Positions 1 to 11,411 of a stretch of DNA of 64,000 nucleotides are shown piece after piece (position 1 is the first letter of the stretch; each line of letters opens with the position of its first letter). The stretch is from Octopus sinensis (lineage: Eukaryota): positions 7,625,360 to 7,689,359 of the forward strand of contig NC_043019.1 in the NCBI RefSeq assembly GCF_006345805.1, given 5' to 3'. A model generated the notes under the pieces. It searched no databases, was not told the DNA's origin, and saw nothing but the letters and a program-made list of their open reading frames with translations. The translations under genes were made by a program, and so were the position numbers.

Positions 1-256
1 TTTTCACTCTGCGTGCTTTAGTTTCGTTACTATGACAACAGTTCAGATACTTATTGATGAAACCTATCTATGTATGTGCGTGTGTGCATATATAAATACA
101 TTTATATATACACACACGCACATTAGTTACATTTGACGCAAATTTGTCCTCGTTTGTTAAAACAACGTTTCGGCTGCTGTACCCTGCAGCCGAACCTGGG
201 TTCTCATTCCTAAGGTATTTTTCGGTTATTAATATTATTATTATTATTATTATTAT

Positions 257-333
257 TCAGGTTACTACCTGGAATCGAACTCGGAATCTTCGGGTTAGTA
301 TCCCGTGCTCTTAACCATTATAGCATATGCCCA
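257..333 (-). other. tRNA-derived head (SINE-like Pol III promoter), left arm
   Basis: Reverse complement reads gggcatatgctataatggttaagagcacgggatactaacccgaagattccgagttcgattccaggtagtaacctga, a diverged copy of the right-arm head with an intact B-box. Confidence 0.75.
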
Positions 334-334
334 C

Positions 335-408
335 GAGTCTATGGTGTAGTGATTTAGAGCGCGGGCTACTAACCCCAACGTTCCGAGTTCGATTCCAGGC
401 AGTAACCT
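335..408 (+). other. tRNA-derived head (SINE-like Pol III promoter), right arm
   Basis: A-box-like TGGTGTAGTGA (342-352), anticodon-arm-like GGG-CTACTAA-CCC, B-box GAGTTCGATTCC (385-396). Acceptor stem does not pair well, so not called a functional tRNA. Confidence 0.75.
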
Positions 409-504
409 GAATAATAAAAATAAATAAATAAATAAATAAATATTAATAATAATAACATCTAAAAATACCTTAGGAATGAGAACAAAGGTTCGAAATTTCC
501 CCAA

Positions 505-550
505 GACACCTGATGAAGGCTGGAGGGTATATCAGCCGAAATGTTGTGTT
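505..550 (+). ncRNA. Minimal type I hammerhead ribozyme motif (Penelope-like-element type)
   Basis: Stem I GACAC(505-509)/GTGTT(546-550); core CTGATGA(510-516)+A; stem II GGCTGG/TCAGCC; GAAA(538-541); short helix III A-TG-T (the left-arm copy has A-CG-T); putative cleavage triplet GUU. Confidence 0.65.
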
Positions 551-842
551 AACAACAAACAAGATCTGGACAAATATCCGTCAAATGTAAATAATGTACA
601 TAATTCCTCATCTCTTATATAAAGAACTGTACACGCATATATGTATCTGCATATATGTATAATTACGCACGCCCTACTGTGAATGAGGGAGAGAGAGAAA
701 GACAGAGAAAGAGGAAGGGTGAGAGGGAGAAAGTCTAAGAGTGTGTACGAAACTCTGAGAGGCAGACGGAGAGTCTGAAAGAAACTCATTTGTTTGAAAG
801 TGAAAGTGATATATCCAAGTTTTGAGTAATCGTCTGTGTGTG

Positions 843-920
<78 letters not shown>

Positions 921-1568
921 CAAAGAGAAGTAGTGAGAGGTGAAGAAAATCGCCTTAACATTTTAGCTGTTAACGGTATGAATTTTATAATAACAGCTCT
1001 TAAGTTAATTGCTAAATCCCACCAAAATTATTAGTAAACGAATAAAGCAACATAAGAACAATAGCATATAAATAAATAAATAAATAAATCTCGAACGAAA
1101 ATTAATTATATAATAGCATAAGTAAAGAGAAAAATATTGTAACCGATTGTCTAGCGAAGGAGAAAGTGTTTCGTTATTTGAGTAACTAGATTACGAATGC
1201 GTCTTCGTCCATATTGAAAGTTAGAGATGAAGAGGAATGAGAAGAGAGAAGCAAAAAAGGAAGGAGGAATGAGAGAGGAGAAGGAGGAGAGGGGAAGTAA
1301 GAGGTGGTGTGAAGGAGAGGAAGACGGTGCGAGAGAGGAGCATGTGAGTATTCTGTACGCAAATAATCTAATTTCGTTTGGCAAACGCACAGAGGAAATA
1401 CGATGTTGTATGTCTATCAGTAATTTTGTTGTTGTGACGTGGATTTTATGATATTAACATATGACTATTAAGATATGAACAAATGTATATATATATCTGT
1501 CAAGATGCATGTGTGGGTATATATGTATTTTTTGTCTCCTTCTTTCTGTGTTTTTCTCTCTCTGTGTA

Positions 1569-1606
1569 TCTTTCTGTTGAAGAGCGTAGGCTCGAAACGT
1601 TAAAGA
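1569..1606 (+). ncRNA. Second minimal hammerhead ribozyme motif (different family), in a probable Penelope-type terminal-repeat remnant (~1530-1705)
   Basis: Stem I TCTTT/AAAGA perfect; core CTGTTGA+A (A6 replaced by T); stem II GAGC-GTAG-GCTC; GAAA; palindromic A-CG-T helix III; GUU triplet. Same architecture as 505-550 but different stems. Confidence 0.6.
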
Positions 1607-1704
1607 CTTGTTTTATTTATATTTCCTGAGCGCCATACTAATACAATTGTTCGTTTGTTTTCCACCTGCCTTCGTCTTTTGTTTATTTTCATAAAGCTTC
1701 CCGT

Positions 1705-1753
<49 letters not shown>

Positions 1754-2050
1754 GAAGAGAGAGAGAGAGAGAGGAAGAGAGAGAGAGAGAGAAATGAATA
1801 TAGATATATATACATATAGATCTGTATATGTGTATATTTTTATATGTAAATATATATATTTGTTTATATGTATATGTGTGTATTTTTATGCATGCATTTG
1901 TTCATTAATTAATTCAATCACACATAATCAATTCAATTTCACATTTATCAATTCAATTTCACGCATATATATGTCTCCACTCTCCCGTTTTTGTTCCCAA
2001 CTTTGACCCTCCATAAATCGTCAATTTTATTTTAGCATTTATGGGAGCAA

Positions 2051-2130
2051 CTGTCTTTGAAGACTCATACTGTCGTTGAATGCTCGAAATGAGGAGTAGA
2101 TAGACAACCGACAACTGATGAAGGGTCATT
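2051..2130 (+). mobile_element. Degenerate Penelope-type terminal-repeat remnant with decayed hammerhead-like motif
   Basis: ctgtctttgaagactcat...atgctcgaaatg resembles ctgttgaagagc...gctcgaaacg at 1574; a further ctgatgaaggg at ~2115 lacks GAAA. Confidence 0.3.
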
Positions 2131-2255
2131 TCTCTGTGTTTATTTGTCCTGTTTTCAATTTTTTTCTCTCGTTATTTACGTATTTAACTAGTTTCATTAC
2201 GTATTTCCTGTTTGCACTTTGGTGATGATATATATATATATACATATATATATAC

Positions 2256-2302
<47 letters not shown>

Positions 2303-2521
2303 TTAACAAAATGAGGAATATACATTCTTCAAAGGGGAGTGTTAAACATCCAATTCACTGGTACTTCAGTAGGATAGCATATAAATATTGGTGTCATGCA
2401 ATTACAAAGATAAACTAAATAGAGAGATACTATTATTGACAATGCAATAATTTATTTATAATATAATATTACATGATATACTCTTATTGTGTACATATAT
2501 TAAAAAAATGCATATAATGTA

Positions 2522-3023
2522 AGCTACTGGGAAAGACTCAAGAGATTAAAATTATATTCTCTGGAGCGTAGGCGGGAAAGATATGCCATAATATACATCT
2601 GGAAGATCCTGGAGGGAAGTGTCCTGAACTTTGGCATCGAGAGTTACGCAAATGCCAGAACTGGGCGCCACTGCGTGGTGCCTAGGACTCCAAACCTGCC
2701 ATCAAGATGTAGGACAAGATTCTGTGATAGCCTGGGCTTCCGAGGCCCACAGCTCTTCAATATCCTCCCGAAGAACCTGAGAGACCTGCATGGGGTGGAT
2801 ACAGATGTCTTTAAAATGAAGCTGGATCTCTTCCTGTCAGGTGTCCCAGATGAACCAACTTCACGGCAGATGAGGGCAGCTGCATCGAACTCTCTCATGA
2901 ACCAAATAGCAGTTGCTAGAAAGCCTCCATGAAGTGAAACCAAGTAGCAACACCAAATGGCGGTGCCCCAGCATGGCCACAGCTCATAAGCTGAAACTAG
3001 AATCAATCAATCAATCAATCAAT
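2522..3023 (+). mobile_element. 5'-truncated LINE (CR1/L2-like group) ORF2 C-terminus with 3'UTR and (AATC)n tail
   Basis: Open frame from 2522: SYWERLKRLKLYSLERRRERYAIIYIWKILEG...RGPQLFNILPKNLRDLHGVDTDVFKMKLDLFLSGVPDEP...AASNSLMNQI, typical of the post-RT tail of CR1/L2-related LINEs; stop at 2932; (AATC)n at 3001-3023. Confidence 0.85.
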
Positions 3024-4355
3024 GCGAAGCAATTTATTGGCCTTTTACGTTTTTTTTTCTGAAATAATTGTTTATGTTATATTATATTCATAGTATACCA
3101 TGTAATATTATAATATAAATAAATTGTTCGATTGTCAAAAGTATCTCATTATTTAACACACATAGATATATTGTATAAAGGATCGTGGGTGAGGCCAAAA
3201 CGATGCGAAGTAAATGCAAGGTAAATCACAAGAAAACAAATATGTGAATTAATGTAGACTTACCTTGTATTCAATATTTCGGGGTTATGATTCCATGTTC
3301 AAGAAATTGACGAATGTTGCCGATGTGCATGTGTAGAAGCGTGTGTGGGGTGCACGATCGCAGAAGTGTGTTGCTGTAGTAACCAGCTAGGTACCGGTAA
3401 CTCCCTGTGGATCTCGGGATTCTATTTAGATAGAGAGATAGATAGATAAAGAGAGATAGAGAGAGATAAAGGGAAAGCCAGCCACCCAGACAGCCAGAAG
3501 GAGAGAGAGAGAGAGAGTTACATACATGTATAGATACACTCCAACGCAGACATGTTTATAACTGCACTTTTATTCCTATCTCTTACCGTTAGATCATAGA
3601 TTATGAATCTAACTCTGCTGTCATAATATGTTCTCACAGCCGTGCGTCACTATGAATCAGCTAGTATGGCTGGATTTATGAGCTGTAAATGACATACAAC
3701 TATGCTGTTACATGTCGGATAATCCTACCCTTGAAATAAACCTTGGTCTTTTACAAGTTAAATGGATGCAGTACTGCATCCTATTCTCATTGACTACCAC
3801 CTTCCGATTTTCCCTTCGGCCAAATGCACTGGAAGTCGAGAGTGTCTTTATGACGGTTGGGCGACTGCATGAGCACCGAAAATAGTAGCGAAAGTATTTC
3901 GAAAGCGAAATAAGATCATTTACAATACAAACATTGCAAAGGACACTGGAAACTGTCAACACATGCATGTATACAAATATACATATATGTATGTGAATTG
4001 GAGTGATCAATAAAATAGTATATATATATATAGACACATACAAGAACACATAGGAACCCACAAATGTATCTTGACACATACACACACACACACATATATA
4101 TATCCATTATCCGTGTGCTAATATGCCCCATGGAATGGACATGCAACGGAATGCCAACAATCCAAAAATTAATCTGAAAGTTAACCTCCAAATATTACAT
4201 GACACATCATAAAATATGTCATGGATATGATACGATTGAGTAAAAGATATGATGGCTACGGTTGGAATGGTTTCTTTCACTTGTCTAATCGACGTATACT
4301 TAACTCGTTCTCAATCCCCGCTGCAGAAAACATGTCTTATTATGGAATGATGTTT

Positions 4356-4520
4356 GGGGCAGTGGGCAGCCAAGATCGTTAGCACGATGGTGTTTGTTTA
4401 CGTTCTGATTCCATATTCCGCCGAGATAGACTTTGTTTTTCATCACAACTAGGTCGATAAAATAAATCCAAGGTTTTGATTTATGAGTCGATGTCATCGA
4501 TTTACCACACCCCTCGAAAT
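4356..4520 (+). mobile_element. SINE family A, degenerate copy
   Basis: gatcgttagcacg..ttacgttctg..ttccgccgag..gactttgtttttcatc..ggtcgataaaataa..gtcgatgtcatcgat aligns to the copies at 13955 and 47623. Confidence 0.7.
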
Positions 4521-5805
4521 CTTATACCTTCCGCTTATAGTACAACGTTTTATTTAAAGAGGTCCTTAACACACTTGAGAGAACGATATGTTTGACACGA
4601 TTGGAATTCATTTGATCGTAGGTTCGTTCTATCAAACCTGACTCAGGATGAAAGAACAACGGCATCATAGTAGAGAATATATCAGAGTTATTTGATATCC
4701 ACTCCACAGATGAAGTTTTAAATACTGTAAAATTTTCTCTCCTTTCATTTTAGCCTGTAGATAGGAACTTGTTCTTTAACTACACACATGCCTCATTTAC
4801 AAGAGCTATTATTGAGACGTATATAGTTGCATCTCTCCGCCAATCATAAGAACTTTAAGTGAGGCTTATAAAGTTGACTGTCGAGCTATTCTATTGATAT
4901 CTTCTTTGCTATTTATTTATAAGTTCTCTTTTCAGTTAACAAAGTCACAGAACAATAGCTCTGTTTGTTACAATTGAGATGTTTAAAAAAAAGTCAAGTG
5001 CCTGTACTTTAACCCCGAGAAATGGTAGCTTAGGAGTTTATTACAATTTGCATCTCTAGTTGATCAGGAAGAAGCAGAATAAGAATAAGAATGCTAGAAC
5101 GATCTTCCATTCAGGTAAAGAGTATTCAATGTCAACTCGTCCTTGTTCTTAGAAACGCTATAAAATATATTGAAAAGGAAAACAAATTCTTATACACAAT
5201 ATGTTTGTTTCGAGATGAAGAAGAAAACAAATTTCAGAAGCAACTATCTACAGAAAAACAAGTCAATATAAATAAATAAAAAAAAGAAACAAACCAAAAA
5301 ATAATAACCACTAAACACCACCAACAACAACAACAAATGGAGATAACAACATATATTAAATTTCAAAATCGAGAAACTTAATAAAAAGTGAAATAAAAAC
5401 GAAGAAGCAGTTTATTACCTGCAGGGTTTGAAACCTCACACGTTCGATTGCCACTTGATAAGAGTTTGATAAAACGTGTTGGAAATCTTGACATAATAAG
5501 CCTCTCGCTAAAAAAAGTCGATATTTAACCAATTTCTTGTTAGTTATTCTATTGTAATTTTTTTCTTTTGTAAATATATTAAATTTTATTACAAAAAAAC
5601 GATAAAAAAGTGTCGTCTGCTTTTTCCATTTTCTTTTACGTCTTCTGCGTGTGTAAGTCATTTTCGTTATGAGATTTTTGTGTAGATTTTATTTACTTTA
5701 TTTTGTTTTGTTTTTGTAAATTTATTGTTGATTCAGACAGGCTACAAGACACGCCGTATTTGTATTTTCTTTCAATTATCTTACTCTTTCGTCATATATA
5801 TATAT

Positions 5806-5853
<48 letters not shown>

Positions 5854-5986
5854 ATTTCTGTTTAACATACAAGCATGCATACAGATACACATACACTTAT
5901 AAATATACATGTATGCATATGTCTCTATGAGTTTAATCTCTGCAAGTGTGGAAAGCCTGAGCGTATATACATGTATGTATACGTAA

Positions 5987-6360
5987 TCTATATCTATATA
6001 AAGCTGAAGTTGTCTGTGTATGGCAGGTTTGGTAGCCTTCAACTAACACTACCTCCTCCGAGACCCTGCAGCGCAAGTTGACCAAAATTGAAAGTATGAT
6101 AGAAGAAGGCTTGCTGTTCCTTCCGTAGCAGAAAAAAAAATTCAAATCGGACCATGTTAGCACCAAAAATTATTTACATCAAAAAGGTCCTTTTTATCTA
6201 TGAAAATCCCTGCTGTGTCGCCATTTTTCAGTGTATTTCAACCAGAAAAATGTTCACTTAAAGAGAAAAACAAGCTACATAATGCAATAGTTTTACTTTT
6301 CAAAAATTCCAACTCTAAAGGGTCGAAACATACCCGAGCAACGCCGGGCGATACTGCTAG
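5987..6360 (+). mobile_element. Non-autonomous Helitron (374 bp)
   Basis: 5' TC terminus (tctatatctatataaagctgaag) after host A5986; subterminal GC hairpin cccgagcaacgccggg (6333-6348); 3' CTAG (6357-6360) followed by host T; no TSD. These are the canonical Helitron hallmarks. Confidence 0.85.
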
Positions 6361-7175
6361 TATTGAAATAAAGAAGTAGACGTATTGCGACATAAGAGAA
6401 AACGATGGATAGATACAAAGAGAGAGACAGAGGAGAGTGATAGATTGATCCGCAATAGGAGAAGATTGGGAGAAAAATAGACAGTCAATGGGTGTTCTAA
6501 ACGTTTTATGCATTACATTATACGCGTCTGTCAGCGATCGCCGTGTACTTCGGTTCGTTTGAATGTTTAATGTAACCAGATAATGGCGATGTCCTCATGA
6601 GCCGAAGGTAGGCAGGAAATTGCTGTAAGGAATACTAGTAATTTATGCAGCGCGTTAACATTTCTGACAATTAACCCACTCGGATTTAGATATACGTTTG
6701 AGATGTAAACGGGTACTTTGAAGAAAGTTGGCTTCAAGAAAAGCACTCGCGTTTTCCATCGAGTGAAAAGTATTCAGCATAGGTCACTCTGGGGTTAGTT
6801 AATAGCAATAACATCAATTATCTCAATATGAATGAACCAAGAATCTTTGAAGTCCGTCCTCTCTCTCTCTCACGTAAGGCGCAGACAATCTCGCTCAAAT
6901 ATCGCGTTAATGATTCCAAAATGAAATAGTAAGGCAAATCTACCACGAATTGTCTTAGATGCAGAAAAGCAAATCATCTCCAAGCTACACGTAGCAATAT
7001 TCGTTGGTAGATGCAAAATAAGGATATTGTTCCCGATTACACAAAACACGATCGTCCCCTATTTACATAAAGCAAAACGAATTTCTTGACTCACTTACTC
7101 CTAGATACTCATACCACGTTCTGTTTTACACAAACACACATTGAACAATTCATAGATAGAGCATAAGTGAAAGGT

Positions 7176-7189
7176 AACTACTACTACTA

Positions 7190-7244
<55 letters not shown>

Positions 7245-7269
7245 TCTACTGCTGCTTCTACTACTACTG

Positions 7270-7301
<32 letters not shown>

Positions 7302-7370
7302 GCTGCTACTACTGCTGCTACTACTGCTTCTACTACTACTACTACTACTACTAATACTAATACTGATGCA
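7176..7370. repeat. (ACT)n/(GCT)n compound trinucleotide microsatellite
   Basis: Directly visible; explains the poly-T/A ORF 7167-7511. Confidence 0.95.
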
Positions 7371-7430
7371 GCTGATGCTCTTTCTCAGTCTGTTGCACGC
7401 TATTCAGTACACAAAGTAGTACCTGTTGTA

Positions 7431-7500
7431 CTCTGGGGTCGATGTAGTCGACGTAAGCCCCACCCGCTAACTCCATGGCTTTCTGCCAACGTTAGAAATG
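7431..7500 (+). mobile_element. SINE family A 3' fragment
   Basis: ctggggtcgatgtagtcgac..cccccacccgc matches the A-family core end and tail. Confidence 0.55.
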
Positions 7501-7559
7501 ATAATATATAACCATAAATTTATACATAAGTAGGAGACATACATACAAACTATGTATAG

Positions 7560-7664
7560 TTTGGCAAATGTGTGATGATGTGTGTGTGTACACATACATG
7601 AACTTACATACATACATATATATATTTATATATACATGTATATATGTATGCACGTATCTATATA

Positions 7665-7699
<35 letters not shown>

Positions 7700-7772
7700 C
7701 CGTGTTTTATATATAAGTATATACATATAAAACCATGTTTTATATATATGTATATATGTATGTATGTATTTA

Positions 7773-7813
<41 letters not shown>

Positions 7814-7871
7814 TATACATATATATATGCATATGCATATATATATATATATATGCGTATGTATATATATG

Positions 7872-7904
<33 letters not shown>

Positions 7905-7925
7905 ATATATATATATGTGTGTGTA
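7560..7925. repeat. (TA)n/(TATG)n/(TG)n microsatellite block
   Basis: Directly visible. Confidence 0.95.
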
Positions 7926-8155
7926 AGTGTATACGTGTTTGACACAATAAATACGAGAGAAGATATGAATAATCTTACCAAAACCAAAACTAATTATTAA
8001 AATCAAAGCACGGGGGACAAAAATTATTTAAAAAATTATATAACTGACTAAAAAACTATCTCCATTGAAAAGAGCGTGTAAGCAACAGTATGGCCATAGT
8101 GGTAAGGGGGGGAATGATTGACGAAAAGCAAGTTTGAACAAGATCATTCGAGGGA

Positions 8156-8189
<34 letters not shown>

Positions 8190-8869
8190 GCGACAGAGGG
8201 GAAACAGAGAGAGACAAGGAAAGTGAGTAAATGTGATTTCAAAGAAAAATTAGTATGGCGGTTCCTGGCTTTATGTATGCATGTTGTATGTATAAATATA
8301 TAGAGAAATTGTACATGCATAGTCCTATATATATATATGTGTGTGGGTGTGTCTGTGTGTGTGTGTCTGTGTATGTGCGTGTGTGTGTGTATATGCATAT
8401 ATATATATATTTGTGTGTGTGTTTGTGTGTGTCTGTGTGTCTGTAGTTTAAAAAGAAGCATACTTTCTTTGTCACTCGTGATTTAATTACGGCGATACTT
8501 TAGACACTCATCAACTTTGATTAAACGAAGCATTTGGCTGATACATTTCGCTGTGTTTCCAATAATAAAACAAAACAAAATATTGTAAAGAACAATAAAA
8601 ATTACGAAAATGATTTCTTGCTTTTGAAGCTGAAAGAATTTCATAAAGATTGATTGATTGAAGACAGGGAGGAAGAGAGTAAAGAAGAGATAAGAGTGAT
8701 GGGAAAGGGTGGAATAAAATGAAATTAGTGAATAAACTGCAAGAAAAAAAAGAATAAATAAATAATAAAAACTAGCAAAAGGAAAGAAAATACTTCTTCG
8801 AAAAGTAACGAAATCTGACAAGGAAATATAATTTAAATTATACATATAGAAACTGACAGATACATTCAT

Positions 8870-9052
8870 ACATACAGGCATATATACATACATACATACA
8901 TACATATATACATACATACATACATACATATATACATACATACATATATACATACATATATACAAACATATATATATATATATATATATATAAATAATAT
9001 ATACACATCCATGTTATATATGTATATATATATATGAATCCATGCATATACT

Positions 9053-9100
<48 letters not shown>

Positions 9101-9113
9101 CATACACACACAC

Positions 9114-9145
<32 letters not shown>

Positions 9146-9153
9146 ATATATAT

Positions 9154-9196
<43 letters not shown>

Positions 9197-9200
9197 TATA
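8870..9200. repeat. (TACA)n/(TA)n/(CA)n/(GATA)n compound microsatellite
   Basis: Directly visible. Confidence 0.95.
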
Positions 9201-10732
9201 AGGATAAATAGACATATAGATATATGTATGTCCGCATTCATATTATTCATATACTTATCCATTATATTATTACACGCATGCATACGAGTGTGTGTGTGCG
9301 CGCGCTTGGTTACACATGGAAAAGACACACACACACGCACACGTTTACATAATCATACACACATTGATACATATATTTCCTTATACATACACACATTATA
9401 TATACATATATATATATATACAAATACATGTATTAAAACGTAATATTACCGTTAGAATACTTTGAAATCTCTCCATATTTTCACCTATAGGGTTAACAAC
9501 GTTCAGAATCTCCTCTTTGTTCTCACTGAATTTATGATGCTAATGGCTACCATGAGTTAGCCGTAAATGACAAAGGATCTCATTATACAAATCTATACCT
9601 ATTTTCCCTACCCGCTTTAGTTTTGCTAACACATGAACCCCATTTTTACTTAGTCAAACAGCTATACCATATCAATCGTTATATTCACCAAATTCTTTGA
9701 TTCTAAGAATAGTGTGCATTTCCGGTTGATTATTACTGCCATTTGTCATAACAGGAAAATATATAATTCAGTTTTTCTTCTTAATATTTCGCCTCAAATA
9801 AATATATCCTCGTCGAGTAAATTTTTAATCGAAGACTTTCTTGCAGTCTCCCCCACCCGACTTTTATTCAGTAAATACACCCACGAATATATTACTAAAA
9901 ACAAAAACAATGAGGTTTACAAGCTGATTGATGAGAGCGTAGGATAAAACATGTATGTAGTTTGTCTTCTGATCTCAAATTCCACTTATGATTACGTTTT
10001 AGCCTTCTTACATCTATGAATTACCAGCATAGGATAGTTATTACTGTGACAGGATTGTTACAGCTTCATTTATTTCGCATCTTTACATTGCGAAGTTCAA
10101 GCCTTATGCGTCAAACCAGTTATTTTCTAATCAATATAATGTCGGATTGTATGAAACACCTGGTACGAAAACAACAGGAAAACACCTTTGTATTATCCGT
10201 AGATAATAGTTTTACAAAACTTTGGGTGCAAAAATGGCTGTGTGGTTACTTCACATCCATGTTGAATAGGATTATGTTTCATAGCTATTCTTTACCTTGA
10301 GCAAGATTTTATCTACATACGACCAGGTCTCGGAACAAAATGGCCGAATAAATTTGGTTGAAGTAAGCTCTGTATCTGTCACCGATGTATGTATATCGCC
10401 TAAGCATTGGTGTACGAAGAACCTGGTGTAATGACTCAATATATGTGCTCTGCAACCAACTTACACATGCAAGTGCTACCAGTCGGAAGCTCCACATATC
10501 GGAAGACAGCAAGCCAATGGGGTCATCAGGAGGGAATGCGCGCCGTTTCGGGGCTCACCTCTCTAGATGAAGCTTCAGTCGAATACAGCGCAGTAGTAAA
10601 GGGTGTGGGATGAGAAAAGAGTAAACAATTATGAACCTCATTTGCTTACAGTTGTGTATGTGCTCTCAGTTTTTTCATGTATACACACGTGTATATGAAA
10701 GGACTTCATGAAGGAGTCCCTAATATATACAC

Positions 10733-10815
10733 ATCCTGAGTTCAAATTGCGCCGGGATCGATATTTGCCTTTCATTCTTACGAGGTTGATAAAATAGGAA
10801 CCCCTGAAATTGCTA
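10733..10815 (+). mobile_element. SINE family A internal fragment
   Basis: cctgagttcaaattgcgccgggatcgatatttgcctttcattcttacgaggttgataaaatag matches the A-family B-box and core. Confidence 0.65.
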
Positions 10816-11411
10816 GCCTCATGCTAAACAATATTTAATGAATAATTAAAACTCATCCACACGTAAGAAAACTCCTTTAATTCGTTATTTAAATGGAATT
10901 CTATCTGGATCGAGACGAAGGGAAAGAAATTGTTCCCTCCCGAAATAACGATGTGCCTTTTATTAGTGATGTAAGAGTAACGTACAAACTTAACCATCTT
11001 TTATTTTAACTCTGCTTGGTCACGGCTGACCTGGGGCTAAACAACAACACTATTCTGTTTTTAGTAGAGGCGATGAGGTTATTCTAGGTCACTCGTCTCG
11101 CGAAAGAGGAAAATAGAAATAGAAATTTAATCGATTAAACGATTTTTTTTTTTACTTTTATTCGGTTTTGACAAGAATGTTCAGCGAGAACTGTTCATAT
11201 CATATTCAAATCTCTATTAAAATTATTGTTGACATATTAAATGTACGGGACTTTAAAATGGTAACTCGAAATAAATATGCAGCGAAGATGGAATATTATT
11301 ACCAAATTAATTACTTTATTCAAATAGTTCAACAAATGCGGTTCACTACACCAGATCTGTTTCGGTATTGCTATGCTAGCACCACCGCAAAAATAAAAAA
11401 AAAAGGAAAAT

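Larger units (their letters stand above)
121..596. mobile_element. Palindromic (head-to-head inverted dimer) non-autonomous element: tRNA-like head + A/T linker + body + hammerhead-like tail on each arm
   Basis: Left arm 121-333 is the imperfect reverse complement of right arm 335-596. Examples: cgaacctgggttctcattcctaaggtattttt (191-222) vs aaaaataccttaggaatgagaacaaaggttcg (461-492); cattagttacatttgacg..gtttcggctg (121-176) vs cagccgaaatgttg..cgtcaaatgtaaataatg (533-596). Confidence 0.85.

Noticed and set aside
257-408. Two genuine tRNA genes (anticodon ACT)
   Set aside because: Acceptor stems do not pair, the two copies have diverged in the arms, and both are embedded in a repeat body; treated as SINE heads.
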